The notes beneath the pieces are model-generated. The model did not search any database. It was not told the origin of the DNA and saw only the letters and a list, made by a program, of their open reading frames with translations. From Azolla caroliniana (lineage: Eukaryota > Plantae > Polypodiophyta), in NCBI GenBank assembly GCA_043228905.1, contig JBHGNT010000013.1, forward strand, positions 8,556,001 to 8,620,000: a stretch of 64,000 nucleotides of DNA. The letters are read 5' to 3'. Below are positions 48,416 to 61,788 of the stretch, in pieces (the first letter of the stretch is position 1; every line of letters starts with the position of its first letter). Both the position numbers and the translations under genes were made by a program.

Positions 48416-51400
48416 GAGAGCAGAACACAATTCCAAAATTATATCAAGACTCTGTACACACACTGTGCTAAGTAGCACTATTTATACAAGTCCTCTTGGG
48501 ACTGACAGAAGTACCATGTACTTCAATGCTCACACGAGCATCTGATACTTACTACGAGACTATAGCTACCTAGTAGTCTATCCTATACTAGGCTTCCAAT
48601 TGGACTTCCGGGTACGGATTGCACCCGGCCTCCACTGCTTGCCGGTTCGGTTGCTTACCGTCATACCGATCCGTTTCGCCCGATCCGTCTCGCTTACCGG
48701 CTCCAGCTTATTCAGCCGATCCGGCTCCGATTGAGCTTGCCGCTCAACACTCCCCCTCAAGCTCAACCTGAGGTGGGGTCGTAGTGTCGACCTCTGTGGC
48801 AGTCAGTTCTTCCAACCGACTTCTCCTGGCGTCACTTTGCCTTGCTTGCGCTCCTCGTCCGGTCCGGTCCCGTTTGCCATGATCCCTTTGGTTCTACGCG
48901 CCTCCACCCTCTCGGTCGGCATGTCTGCTCAATAGGCCCATCTCAGCACTCACGTTGCTGTGACTCCGGCGCTTGCCGATCCGTCGGTTCTCCCACGATG
49001 GCATCGACTTCCGCTGTGTCCGTGTCCCCTTGGCCTTCAGTTGATCCGAGTCATCCGGATCCATCTGTTGATTCGAGTCAGTTGTCTCCGACTCGTTCCA
49101 GCTCTTGTCCGAATCGGTACACTCCGATTCGACTTCCGGCTTCAGGCCTCTCACCACATTGGACCACTTTCGAGTCTTGGCCTTCTCCATGCTTCCCTCG
49201 GCTTCTTCAGCCGGTGAACCGAAATCGAATTCTTCATTCGACTCCTCATCATGGTTAGTACCGTCGTGATGACCTCCGCACAGCATGCACTTCTCTTCCT
49301 GAGTGCACAACTCTTCTTCACAGCCGCTTGCTCCGACTTGTTCGGATGTGTCGACTTCCTTCGTCGACACGACTTCCTTCATCTTCTTGTCTCCTCTTCT
49401 TCCAGCTCTCCTCTTACCGATGGGTTCAACAGTTTTTTGGCCTTTGCCCGTTTCGGTAGAGACTTTGCCCTTGCTTCTCCCCCTCAAGTGTGGCACCTCG
49501 AGATGCTCAATACCAAGCATGTTGGTAAAGTGCTGCAACTTGTCCGATCCGAGTGGCTTGGTGAAGATGTCGGCAACTTGCCGATCCGTATGAACATACC
49601 GTAGGTCAACTTCATCGCCCAGGACCCGCTCACGCACGAAGTGGTAGTGCACCTCGATGTGCTTTGTGCGAGCATGGAACACAGGGTTCCTAGCGAGCTG
49701 CAGGCTGCTCATGGTATCGCAGTAAATCGGGATCGGGGTCGGTACCTCGATCCGCAAGTCTCGCAGCAGTCGCCGAAGCCAGATGGCTTCACAAGTGGCA
49801 ACGGTAGCGGCCCGGTACTCAACCTCAGTGCTTGACAAAGCCACTGTGGGCTACTTCTTACTGCTCCACGCAACGGCCGCGCTACCTATGGAGAACATGT
49901 ATCTGGAAGTGGAGCGACGATCAGACGCATCGCCGGCCCAGTCAGCATCTGTGTAACCGACAAGCTCTTCGGGTATACCTCGCTGGTATAGCAGTCCCCG
50001 GTCCTTAGTGCCGCTGACATATCGTAATATTCGTTGCACGCACTGAAGGTGCTGCATGGTTGGCTTCTGCATGAACGGATAGCTGATGTTGGGTCGGGTG
50101 ATGGTTAAGTAGATCAGGCTTCCGACAACCTGTCGGAACCATTTCTCATTGCAGGCCGGTCCGGAGTTGGGACGGAGCTTCTGGTTCCGGTCCAGGGGTG
50201 TGGAGACAGGTCGGCAATCCGTCATGTCGAACTTATACAGCATATTCAACACGTAATGTCGTTGTGAGAGCAATATGCCGTTGGGGGTCCGGATCACTTC
50301 GATCCCAAGAAAATAATGAAGGTCCCCCAGGTCCTTCATTTCGAATGCGTCCGACAATTGGGACTTGACACGGTTGATTTCGGGAAGACCCGGTCTGGTG
50401 ATGACTAAATCATCCACATACAAGAGTATACATACCGGACCGTCAGAGCCTTGCCGGATGAACAACGAAGAGTCCGACTTAGAGACAGCAAACCCCAACT
50501 TACGCAACCGGTGTGTGATCTTCGCGTTCCAAGCTCGGGGGGCTTGCTTCAAGCCGTAAAGCGACTTCTTTAGTCGGCATACCGCCGACTTGTTCATCTC
50601 CGATTGAAATCCAGGGGGCTGAGTCATAAAGACTTCTTCTTCAAGCTCTCCTTGAAGGAAGGCGTTCTTCACATCCATCTGGTGAAGATGCCACCCCCTT
50701 GCTGTAGCAACCGCCAGTACCACACGAACCGTCGTCATCTTCGCCACAGGAGCGAAGGTCTCGTCGTAGTTGATTCCGTGGGTCTGCGCGTATCCCTTCG
50801 CCACTAACCGGGCTTTGTACCGGTTAACAAAACCGTCGGCGTTGTACTTGACCTTGTACACCCACTTGCATCCGATCGGTTTACACTGACGGGGAGGATC
50901 AACTAGGTCCCAAGTTTCGTTGGCATCGAGGGCCCGCATTTCTTTGTCCATAGCGGCACGCCAATTTGCGTCCTTTGCCGCTTCTGCGTAGCTCTCCGGC
51001 TCACGCACTTCTGTCACCTTAGTCATGTACGCATAATGATGCACCGTGTATTCATTGTACACGTACCGCATGACGGGATCCTTCTGGCGGGTTGATCGGC
51101 GCAACGCACTGTTACCTGATTTGAGGCCCTTCTTGGCCAGTTCGGTCTTCATTGCCGAAGATCCGCCTTTCTCCTTTCTGGAGTCGGATACACACCGATC
51201 CAACTCTTCGTTGCCGGTTTCGAATTCCGGCATCTTCCTCTTCCCCTTCTCTTTGCGCGTGAACCGTTTCATCAGTTCCTTGCGCGGGGAGAGCACGGCA
51301 GAGTCTCCACCACTTGCCGTCTCTTCATCCGACTAGTCCAACCGACTCAGTCGCTCGTTCGGTCCACTCAACCGTAACGATTCCGGACTCTCTTCTTGAG

Positions 51401-53437
51401 TCCCGGCTTCATCATCCTTTGCCAGGGCTGATTCAGGCTCATTGGCTTGATCTTCCGACATTGGGTCGGGATCAGAAGTCGAAGTCGGTACGGAGTACCA
51501 GGATGCCGATTCATCGAACTCGACATCCCGGCTAACTCGAACTTCCTTCGTCCGGGGGTTATAGCACTTATACCCCTTTTGCTCTTGAGCATAGCCGACT
51601 AGGATGCATTTTTCCGATTTTGCATCCAGCTTTCTCCGCTTTTGATTCGGCACATGCACATACACTATGCTGCCGAATATCCGAAGGTGTCTTAAGTTCG
51701 GCTTGCGCCCGAAATACAGCTCATGAGCTGACACCTTGTCACCAATGCGGTTTTGTATGTAGACGGACGTCCGGACCGCCTCCGCCCAGTAGAACCGGGG
51801 CATGCTCGTCTCCTCCAGCATTGCCCTTGCCGCTTCGACGAGTGTCCGGTTCTTCCTTTCGGCCACACTGTTTTGCTCCGGTGTGTATCTGCAGCTGAAC
51901 TCTCGCCGAATTCCCTTCTGTTGCAGATAACTAGTGAATTGGTCGGAAAAATATTCCTTTCCGCCATCCGACCGAAGGCATTTGATCGAGCTTGTTACGG
52001 CTCCAGTTCCGTTCGGTGGGGAATGGAAGCCGGTGTTGCTTCCCTAGTTGGCAGGCTTCACAAATTTCGGCTCTCCGGCCGCTGAACTTCGGCAAACCGA
52101 AAACGACTTGTTTCGTTTGTAGGTCTTGAAGCCTCCGGTAGTTGACGTGGCCTATCCGCTTGTGCCACAGGTCGATGTCCGACTCGACCTTCTGTCGTTT
52201 CGCGAACAGAGCGGTGCCAAGGTCATTGGTGTTGAGGATAAACATCCTCCCGTCTCTGCGCCCTTGCGCAATGACTTCACCCTCATCCTCAATGAAGCAC
52301 CCGAGGTGCGTAAACCGCACCTGCATCCCCTGGTCGACAATCTAATCGACAGACACCAGGTTCTTCGTGATTGTCGGAATGTGTAATACGTTCATCAGCT
52401 TCCCGTTTTGTCTGACGTGACTTAGAGGGACTTCTGCGACGTGCACGATTGGGTGAGGAGTGTCGTCTCCGGTTTCGACTACTCCTGGTTGATCCGGTTT
52501 CTCCAGAAAGGAGAACCACTCTTTGTGGCTCGTCATGTGGTTTGACGCGCCGTAATCAACATACCACACTTCCTCCATTTTGGAAGTGGTCTTCTTCATT
52601 GAGTTTGCCTTGTGATTCATCACCAAGGCTGGCCCCTTACCGGCCTTTCTGGTTCCGGATCCTCCTAATCCGTTTGCGTAGTGCGAGTTTTGCCGGCCAT
52701 CCTTACCGGTCTTGCCGGATCCGGATTTGTCCGAATCGGCACGCTTTCTCCAGCACTCGCTTTCCCTGTGGCCTTTTTTGCCACAGTACCAACATTCCGT
52801 ACTGGATTTGTCTTGCCGGCCTCCGGCACCGCCTTGACTCCCCCTCCTTGTGGAAGTCCCGGAACTGTTGTCGGCACGCTCATAGTGCCTCCATTCCTGC
52901 TCTTGCCGGCCGCCTCCATTGCGTGCCGACCCACCTCTTCCACCACGCCCATGGAGCCGATCCGTTCCCGTGTACAACATTCGGCTATCCGGGGATGCAC
53001 TGGTAGATGCACCGGCGTGGTTCTCCTCTACAAGGAGCATCGACTGTAAGTCGAAGAATGAGGGGGTATTCTCCCTTGTACACACCGCTGTCCGGAAAGC
53101 TCCCAACTTGGACGCCAGGCCTCCGAGACATACCTGGACCATCTCGTCTTCCTCTACGGTAACATTGATAGAGGCGAGCGAGTCGCAGATCTCCTTTATC
53201 CGGCCCATGTAGTCTGCCACGGACATGTTCTTCTATCGAACATTGCTCAACTCCTATCTGAGTTGCAACTTCCGGGCAATGGTGCTTGCGGCGAAAACCT
53301 TTTTCAGGTTCCCCCAAGCATCCTTCGGTGTCTTGGCGTCACGGATGTGGCCGAGCAGCTGATCGCCGACACTGGACGCGAAGCAGTACATCACCCTGCT
53401 TGCCGCCTGTTCCCATACTGGGAAGTCCTTGTGTGCC

Positions 53438-56400
53438 TATTATAGATCTAGGTACTAAAGTAAGCTTAAGATAAGGATAAAGAAATGAAAGATAGAAAGG
53501 AGAAAGAGAAAGAAGGGTGCCGATCCACCCAACCACCCCCGAGCGAAGGGATCGAGACGAACTCGAGCCTCGATCGGCGTCCCATACCACCGCCGTGGCG
53601 TCGAGTCGTACCTGGTGCTGGCGCGCTCGCTACAAGAGTTGACCCACCACACGAGCAGAGTCTCGATGTAGTCAAAAGATGATCAAATGAGGGTAGCTAG
53701 GCCTCTTATTTATAGCGATACCCAAGGCCCCCAGGCAAGTTCACACTTGACCTAATGGGTTGTCTCAATCCCGAGGATTAAAAGTAATCCTCCCCTTCTT
53801 TACACTCTCCTTTAACCCTCATACTTATCCACTCGTATAGAATACTACGGTAAATTCTTACCACGGGATATTATATGGTCATGCCCGTAACATACTCCCC
53901 CTCTTTAAAACATTGCACTCTTGCAATGGAAAGTTAGGGAAGTTAGTTCTAAGAGTATTTTCGCGTTCCCATGTGGCATCTTTTATTGATTTATCCATCC
54001 ATTTTATTTTGAATTCTCGGATTTCTTTAGTACGTAATTTTTTTGTTTTAACATCGAGAATTCTTTCTGGTACATGTGGTTTAGAATATAATTCTTCAAA
54101 AGTAACCAGAGTTTCAGTCGTAACTGTATTGTCGCCAGAACCTAGAAGTTCTTTTAGACGACTCACATGAAAGACGGGATGAATTCCGACACCATCGGGA
54201 AGAGCGAGACGATAGGCTGATGACCCAATGCGTTTGAGGACTGTAAAAGGTCCACAAAACCGTGGGGCTAACTTAGCGCACTTACCCGTAGACAGTGTCT
54301 TAGAATTGTGAGGTACACGTAAAAATACCTTCTGTCCAGGGTTGAATACACGAGGTTGCCTATGATGATCGGCATAAAAACGCGCTCTATCTTGAGCTGT
54401 TTTTATATTATCTCGTGCAATATGCAACATATCTTGCATATCCCGAAGAAAGTTTTGCATACTTCGCAACTCATCATGATGTATAGTAACATCAATTGGG
54501 GCTCGTGGCTGAAAACCATACATCAACATAAAAGGACTATATCCCGTCGACGTATGCTTGGAGCTGTTATAAGCAAACTCCAAAATTGGGAGATAACGTT
54601 CCCATTTTGTTGGTTTTGCACCAACGTATGCTCGAAGCATGTCCTCAATAATTTGATTTACTCGTTCTGTCTGTCCATCGGATTGAGGATGATCCGTGGA
54701 GCTCATGCTCAACGTAGTTTCTAACTTCTTAAAGACTTGTGTCCAGAAGTCACTAGTAAACTTTGGATCTCGATCACTCACGATATCCATCGGTAACCCA
54801 TAAAAACGAAACAATTCATCAACGAATTGGTAAGCCAATTCAGGAGCTGTTACCGTGGTTTTAGTAGCAATAAATCTGGCCATTTTAGTTAGTCAATCAA
54901 CGACAACCCAGATGGCATCATGACCTTTTTGGGTGCGAGGAAGGCTAACAATAAAATCCATGGATATACTTTCCCACTTATTATTGGGAATGTCCAAGGG
55001 ATGTAAAAGTCCTGCGGCTTTAAGTCGCTCGGCTTTGTTAACCTAACATTGGTGACATTTAGTCACATAGCTATGTATGTCAGGACGCATCTTAGGCCAA
55101 TAAAATTGAGTGGAGATGAGAACGAGTGTACGATGTATTCCAGGGTGCCCTGCGGAGGGTGCATCATGGCATTAAAAAAGAATCCTCTTTTTGACCTCGG
55201 GTAAATGTGGAACACAAACCTTCCCATTACGGTAGAGCAAACCGTTAGCAATGTGGAAGTATTCCTTCGAGGATGTGGTGGTGTCTGTTCCAGACTCAAC
55301 TCTTGCCCAGTATTTTGCGAAATAACTGTCATCAGGATACTTTCCTCGAAGGTGATCATAAAGATCTGATGATATTTCAGTGAAGCTAAGCGTGTTAACT
55401 TCACGGATGCGACTTAGTGCATCAACGACAATGTTCATGGAACCTTTACGATATCGTATGGAAAAATCAAAGTCCTGGATGAGATCAGCCCATCGTGCCT
55501 TACGACCTTTCAGGTCTTGTTGGTCACAAAAATATTTCAAGGACTCGTGGTCCGTAGTTACCACAAAGTGATTTCCATAAAGATAATGGCGCCATGTTTT
55601 GAGCGCATGTATAACTGCAAATAATTCCTTTTCTTGAACGGTATACCGACATTGAGCAGAATCAAGTTTCTTACTCTCGAATGCTATTGGTTTACCATCT
55701 TGATACAAGACAACACCTATAGCATAATCGCTTGCATCGGTTTCAACCTCAAAAGGTTTTGAAGGATCAGGTAAAAGAAGTGAAGGAGCCTTGCAAACTA
55801 GGTCCTTGAGTTCCTTAAATGCAAGGTCTAGTGTAGCATTCCACACAATAGGTTTTGTAGACTTACGCGTTTGACCTTTTAAAAGATCAGTAAACGGCGT
55901 CGTCAATTGGGAGTAATTACGAAGAGACTTTCGCAAAAACCCCACAAAACCAAGGAATGATCGAACTTCTCGAATATTCCGAAGAGTGGGCCAAAGCTTG
56001 ATTTTCTCAATGCGAGAAGGATCAATTTCAACTCCTCGTTCGGTTATGAGATGTCCTGGATAAGTAATTGATTTCTTGAAGAACTCACATTTTGAGATCT
56101 TCACATAAAGCTGTTTGTCACGCAATGTTTGTAAAACAAAGCGGACATGTCTAGCATGTTCTTGTAATGTACGGCTATAAACTAAAATATCATCCAGGAA
56201 AATAACGACAAATTTTCCAAGTTGTTCTCGGAAAATGTCATTCATTTCTTGTTGAAAAGTAGCCAGAGCATTGGTCAAACCAAAAGGCATAACCAAAAAC
56301 TCGTAATGGCCATAGCGCGTACGAAATGCCGTTTTAGGAACATCGTCCTCACTTATTCGTATTTGATGGTAGCCAGTACGGAGATCAAGTTTTGTAAAAT

Positions 56401-59400
56401 ACCGAGCTCCCTGGAGACGGTCAATTAGATCGTCAGCCCGGGGCAATGGATACGAATTCTTGATCGTCACTTTATTCAAGCGTCGGTAATTAATACACAT
56501 ACGCCATGTGCCCTCTTTCTTTTTAACCAAGAGAACTGGTGCACCCCATGGAGATTTACTATAACGTATATAACCCATTCGTAAATAGTCCTTGAGTTGC
56601 TTAGATACCTCATCTTCTTCGGATCGACTTAAGCGATACGGAGGTATACTTATTGGTGCAACACCAGGTACAATATCTATACGATGGTCTATATTACGTT
56701 TAGGAGGTAACCCATTAGGTAGTTCACTTGGAAAAACATCATGAAAATCATTTAAGATTTCATCAAGTTGTTGTTGTTCAAAATATGTTAATTGAATCGG
56801 GACATTATCGATATTGTAAACGTGAATGTCCGGATCAAGTACACAATAAAATAACGTAGAACAAGACAACTCGGATATTGATGGACACGAGGAAACAATC
56901 GAGAGGGATTGTTTTTTTACACATTGAATAAAATGCGTACAATCGTTCAGTACAAAAGAAATGGAATGACGAACCCAATCAATAAATAAAGAAGAGTTTT
57001 TATTATAAAACCAGGGATAACCCAATATTACATCGGTGGTACAAAGATTCATTACATGGAAGTCTACTTCCTCTATATAAGTATCAATAGAAATTCCTAA
57101 TGAATGAATCGCCCCGTTGATGTATTGTACTCTTCCATCAGCCAAGTGCACCGTGTAAGTGTGATCACTTACGGTGGGTTGGATTCCCCATATCTGAACC
57201 AAACGATCATTCACAAAATTGTGTGAGCTTCCCGAATAAAAAAAATTTGTACGGGAGATCCATTGATATACCCGTTTGCACGTAGTAAATCATTGGGACC
57301 CAATACATAGTGAGGGAAAGAACATTGACAATTACTTAAATGATGTGTATAGACCTGAAGGACATTAGGAATCTGACCTTTATGGTCTGCAGCTTTAGCT
57401 TTGTTGTCGTGCTCTTTCCGTTGGAGCTTTCGACATTGATCTTTTGTATGACTCTTCTTTTTGCAGAATACACAAAAAGGATGTTGTCGCTTACAATCGC
57501 GATCCAGGAATTCGTTGGGTGTCTTGCGTTTCCCAACAAATTGCAACTGCTTAGTCCCGGGCGCTTCGTTGGGTTTGTTATGGTCCTTCTTCGAAGTGCG
57601 TTGATAGCGAAGAACTATTTCAACGGCCTCTTCGAAGGATTTTGGATCCTTATCGTGCACTATCCAGTGATAGTCCGAATTGGGGATGCCATTGACAAAA
57701 CAAGCTATCAACCAATTGTCCCCTTCTAGACCCGATTTTTGGATTTGGGTTCTAGCATGGTGAACATAGTCTTCTAGCAAGGAAAATTTCCTGCTAGAGA
57801 GGTTCATTAAAGCTTGTGCTACCTCGGTTCGAGAGGGAGGTTGTAGAAATTGGCCCTTAAAAACCGTGACAAAATCTGTCCAGGTATCAGGCAATTTCCC
57901 CATAGTACGGAGGCCACGCCACCAGGCGGCGGCCTTACCCCCGAGTTCTCGGCCGACATATGCAATCTTCGTACTATCTGGCGTGGGATAGAGCTCAAAA
58001 TGAGACTCCCATCGTCCCAGCCATGTGCAGATTGCTTCTTCGGTTCTTTCCTTTTTGTCTCCCGTAAATGGCTTAACGATAAATGATGGTTCACCTTGTC
58101 GCTCATCAGGTCTATTAGTCTCACGTTGTAGACTAATGACACGTGCCTCAAGAGCACTCTGAGATTGCCGAAGTTCGGTCATCTGTTGAGCGGTGAAACT
58201 AAGGTATTGGGTTATTTGTGCCAAATACATCTCAGTGGACATTTGTCCAGGAGGATTCCCTTGAGTTCCTTCCGCTTGAGCGGATGACATCGGGTCGTTA
58301 ATTTGAGCCATTAAAGATTATTTCTGGAAAAGAAATAGGATAAGGTCAGAGATATAGTCATAACATCTTGTCGTGATGTAAACATATCATGGGCGAGCAT
58401 TAATCGATATCATTATCTCACGTCAATACCCCTCTAGACGTATGAGATGAGGTTCAAGATCAGGTTACTATGGTAACACAAAGGTGTTTTAAAAACCATG
58501 GGGGTGACAAATAAATGTCTTTCCTTGATCTCTATATCGATTTTTTCATGGTGGCTCCCCGAGGCTCAACCATGTATGTTCGCGTCATGAATAGTTTATA
58601 CACGAAAAAAAATGTTAACAATAAACTATGTTTCGGTGCCCACATAAGTGGTTTCGGCTCTTTAAGTCCTATTACGAGGACCCCGAGGTGCACTTAGACC
58701 TTAAGTCTAACCATGTGTTATAGTCATATGTATCAAGGATGTTGTATGGTCTTGGTCATATTTGAACTCGAGACCTCGAGAACAAATACATTAAACACTT
58801 GAGCCAACCAAGTAAGTTGCTCTTCTCGAATGCTTAATGTTTGATGCGTATAAGAGATATGCGAGGCAATTGATCATATATGTTTTTTTAAAAGAACATA
58901 TATGTCAAGGGTCCTTATTGCGCCCTCATTTACCAAAACTATGTTGGTACGTTACCTAACCTCAAGTCTCGTAATTACGATGGCATATGCCAAAGTGCAA
59001 CCTAATGGTCAAGCCAAATGAGCCCTCGTTTCGTAGTAGGCTCACGTGGGCCATCACATGGTCACGTCATTACGAATGCCTCTCGTAAGAACGAGCTCAT
59101 GGTGGCATCGTATCCATGTAATGAGGGAGGGATGTTGGATACGTGCGTCATTGGAGCGACCTCACTTGAAGTGGGTCAAGCCCTACGTACTCAACATCAT
59201 TTTGGCTATTCGCGTTTCTTTACGTAACGAAATTGAGGTCATCAACGGGGTTATCAACAATAAAAAAAATGTTGAAAAAGGGATGGTGACAACACCATTC
59301 TCACAAAAATGTGAGGACGGCCACCAACATCCTTTTCCCGACAAGGACAACTTTCGATATAATCACGTAATAACGAATATACACATATGTTTACTTATCA

Positions 59401-60456
59401 CATATATACGATCAAATACGTATATATGTGACCACATATGCCTATATTAAACATATCGTTATAGTAAATAGCCACAAATGATGTGATCGAGATACGTAAT
59501 CGAGGTATATACCTCTACGCACACGAAACATCCACAAATAAGAGATCATCGTAATACGCAATGGAGGTATTGACCTCTTACGCATACGAGACCAAACACA
59601 TATCGTTTACAACAAATCAAGGTATTAAACTCATACGCAAACGTAACATATGTTCGTGAACACAATACATAATTGAGGTATTAACCTCGTACGCATACAA
59701 CACTCATCACATATTATTAATATGTCAAACGAGGTATTGACCTCGTGCACATATGTAAACGTTTTAGATAATCAATTAAAGACCACTACAACATCATTGA
59801 CTTAATGAAAAAAATTACATATAAACTAAACACATGATTAGATGGGAGAAGAGAGAATAGAAAGAAAAATTATGGAAAGAGTTACCGAAGTTCTTTGTTG
59901 ATCGTTGTCTGGATCAAGGCCAACCACACAACGATCGATCAACATCAATCAAAAGACAAATGAAAAACAAAGAAACATTAGTACAAAAATCTGATACCAA
60001 ATATTATAGATCTAGGTACTAAAGTAAGCTTAAGATAAGGATAAAGAAATGAAAGATAGAAAGGAGAAAGAGAAAGAAGGGTGCCGATCCACCCGACCAC
60101 CCCCGAGCGAAGGGATCGAGACGGACTCGAGCCTCGATCGGCGTCCCATACCACCGCCGTGGCGTCGAGTCATACCTGGTGCTGGCGCGCTCGCTACAAG
60201 AGTTGACCCACCACACGAGCAGAGTCTCGATGTAGTCAAAAGATGATCAAATGAGGGTAGCTAGGCCTCTTATTTATAGCGATACCCAAGGCCCCCAGGC
60301 AAGTTCACACTTGACCTAATGGGTTGTCTCAATCCCGAGGATTAAAAGTAATCCTCCCCTTCTTTACACTCTCATTTAACCCTCATACTTATCCACGTGT
60401 ATAGAATACTACGGTAAATTCTTACCACGGGATATTATATGGTCATGCCCGTAACA
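53438..60456 (-). mobile_element. Full-length Ty3/gypsy chromovirus; 455-bp LTRs at 53438-53892 and 60002-60456; gag 57211-58311, pol to 53879, disabled
   Basis: TSD GTGCC; PBS TGGTATCAGA at 59990-59999; PPT AAAGAGGGGGAG; RT FLDD, RNase H ETDASD, integrase SDRDPKF, GPF and chromodomain-like C-terminus. A frameshift removes the protease catalytic Asp (VQIFF[D]SGSSHNF); stops at ~55172, ~55044 and ~54891; about 6 LTR mismatches. Confidence 0.95.
59502..59756. repeat. Five palindromic ~25-bp repeats separated by dissimilar spacers in the chromovirus 5' leader
   Basis: GAGGTATTRACCTCNTACGCA at 59502, 59564, 59619, 59675 and 59731. Confidence 0.8.
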
Positions 60457-60741
60457 GTGCCGAGTCGGGCGCCGCATCATTCGCTCTTTCGACATAACTC
60501 CAGTACCCGTGTCCAAGCAGGTACTGGTGCATCTTGTAAGACTAGGATGCGTAGTTGCTCCTGTCGAGCTTCTCCACCGGGAGCGACGTAGCCATGCCTC
60601 TATCCATGTCTTCTACTGTGTCTGTTTTCGACCTGTTAGGGTTTTCTTCTCAAGATTAAATGTCTGCAACAGAGGTTCTCAACCCTTGCGCTCTGATACC
60701 ATGTAAACGTAAGTGTTTGCGGAAGCGTAAAACAGAGAACA

Positions 60742-60790
<49 letters not shown>

Positions 60791-61788
60791 GAGAGCAGAA
60801 CACAATTCCAAAATTATATCAAGACTCTGTACACACACTGTGCTAAGTAGCACTATTTATACAAGTCCTCTTGGGACTGACAGAAGTACCATGTACTTCA
60901 ATGCTCACATGAGCATCTGATACTTACTACGAGACTATAGCTACCTAGTAGTCTATCCTATACTAGGCTTCCGATTGGACTTCCGGTTAGGGATTGCACC
61001 CGGCCTCCACTGCTTGCCGGTTCGGTTGCTTACCGTCATACCGATCCGTTTCCCGATCCGTCTCGCTTACCGGCTCCGGCTTATTCAGCCGATCCGGCTC
61101 CGGTTGAGCTTGCCGCTCAACAGTTTTCTTCACAACATCCGCCCCCACCTAACCACGCATCCACTGGTATGCGCCAAAATTGGGCTTTTGCCAGAGAAAA
61201 CCAGTCCATGCTTTACTCCTCGCCTTTTGGGTCGTCATCCGTCGTCGCCGTCCATTTTGCTTTCCAGATCCGACTCGCACTCGTGTCGTTTCTTAAATGC
61301 TTTGACCCTTTTCCCCGCTACTGGTATTGCCATCCTCATATCGTCGAGCTCCGCAAGGTGGTAGGTCCCGTTGTTGTTGGCGCCTGCCACCGCGTAAGGC
61401 CCGGACCACCTCCTTGCAAACTTTCGCATCGCCCTGTGTTGGTTTTGAGGCTGCTGTCATACACTAGGACCCAGTCGCCTTCCTCGATTTTCTTCGGTCG
61501 CAGTTGGTGAGTCCGGTCAAAACGCCCTTTGTTCTTCAACCTTGCCAACTGAAGCTTCTCCGCGGCTCTTTCCACGTCCTCCGGCCTCCGCTCGAGCTGT
61601 CGAATCCGTGCCGCCAGCAGCTCCTCTCGGCTCATCTCATCTCTCTAGTCCACCGTGGCCCATGAGGAGATCGTCCGTTCCGTCGGCATGATCGGCTTCT
61701 GTCCGTACATAAGCTCTGCCGGCATGAACCCGGTTACCGAATTGTGCGTAGTTCGGTCCGCCCATAAGGCATAAGGTAGCAGTCGTGG

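Larger units (their letters stand above)
48311..61122 (-). mobile_element. Ty1/copia element; LTRs 48311-48749 and 60702-61122; degenerate gag-pol from 60607, interrupted by 53438-60456
   Basis: TSD GTTTT at 48306-48310 and 61123-61127; PBS TGGTATCAGAGC at 60690-60701; PPT at 48750-48761; CWYCGKKGHRESEC, LWHKRIGH, RT LLYVDDL, RNase H YTDADWAGD...ARTKHIEVHYHFVRE; (GA)n tract in LTRs; integrase core partly deleted at ~51985. Confidence 0.95.
47775..61788 (-). mobile_element. Ty3/gypsy (non-chromovirus) 3' end: integrase C-terminus 61235-61788, PPT, and 3' LTR (~47775-48310 plus 61128-61137) split by the copia insertion
   Basis: LPYALWADRTTHNSVTGFMPAELMYGQ...RWSGPY...GTYHLAELD (GPY/F domain); PPT GGTGGGGGCGGA before TGTTGTG at 61137; minus-strand TATA at ~48087-48094. 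Left boundary approximate. Confidence 0.75.

Noticed and set aside
57205-57250. Programmed gag-pol frameshift at the T-run
   Set aside because: The shift falls in the protease active site and removes the catalytic Asp codon, so it is more likely a disabling 1-nt deletion or a homopolymer error.
59502-59756. True CRISPR array
   Set aside because: Eukaryotic retrotransposon context, degenerate repeats and no cas genes. Kept only as a hairpin array.
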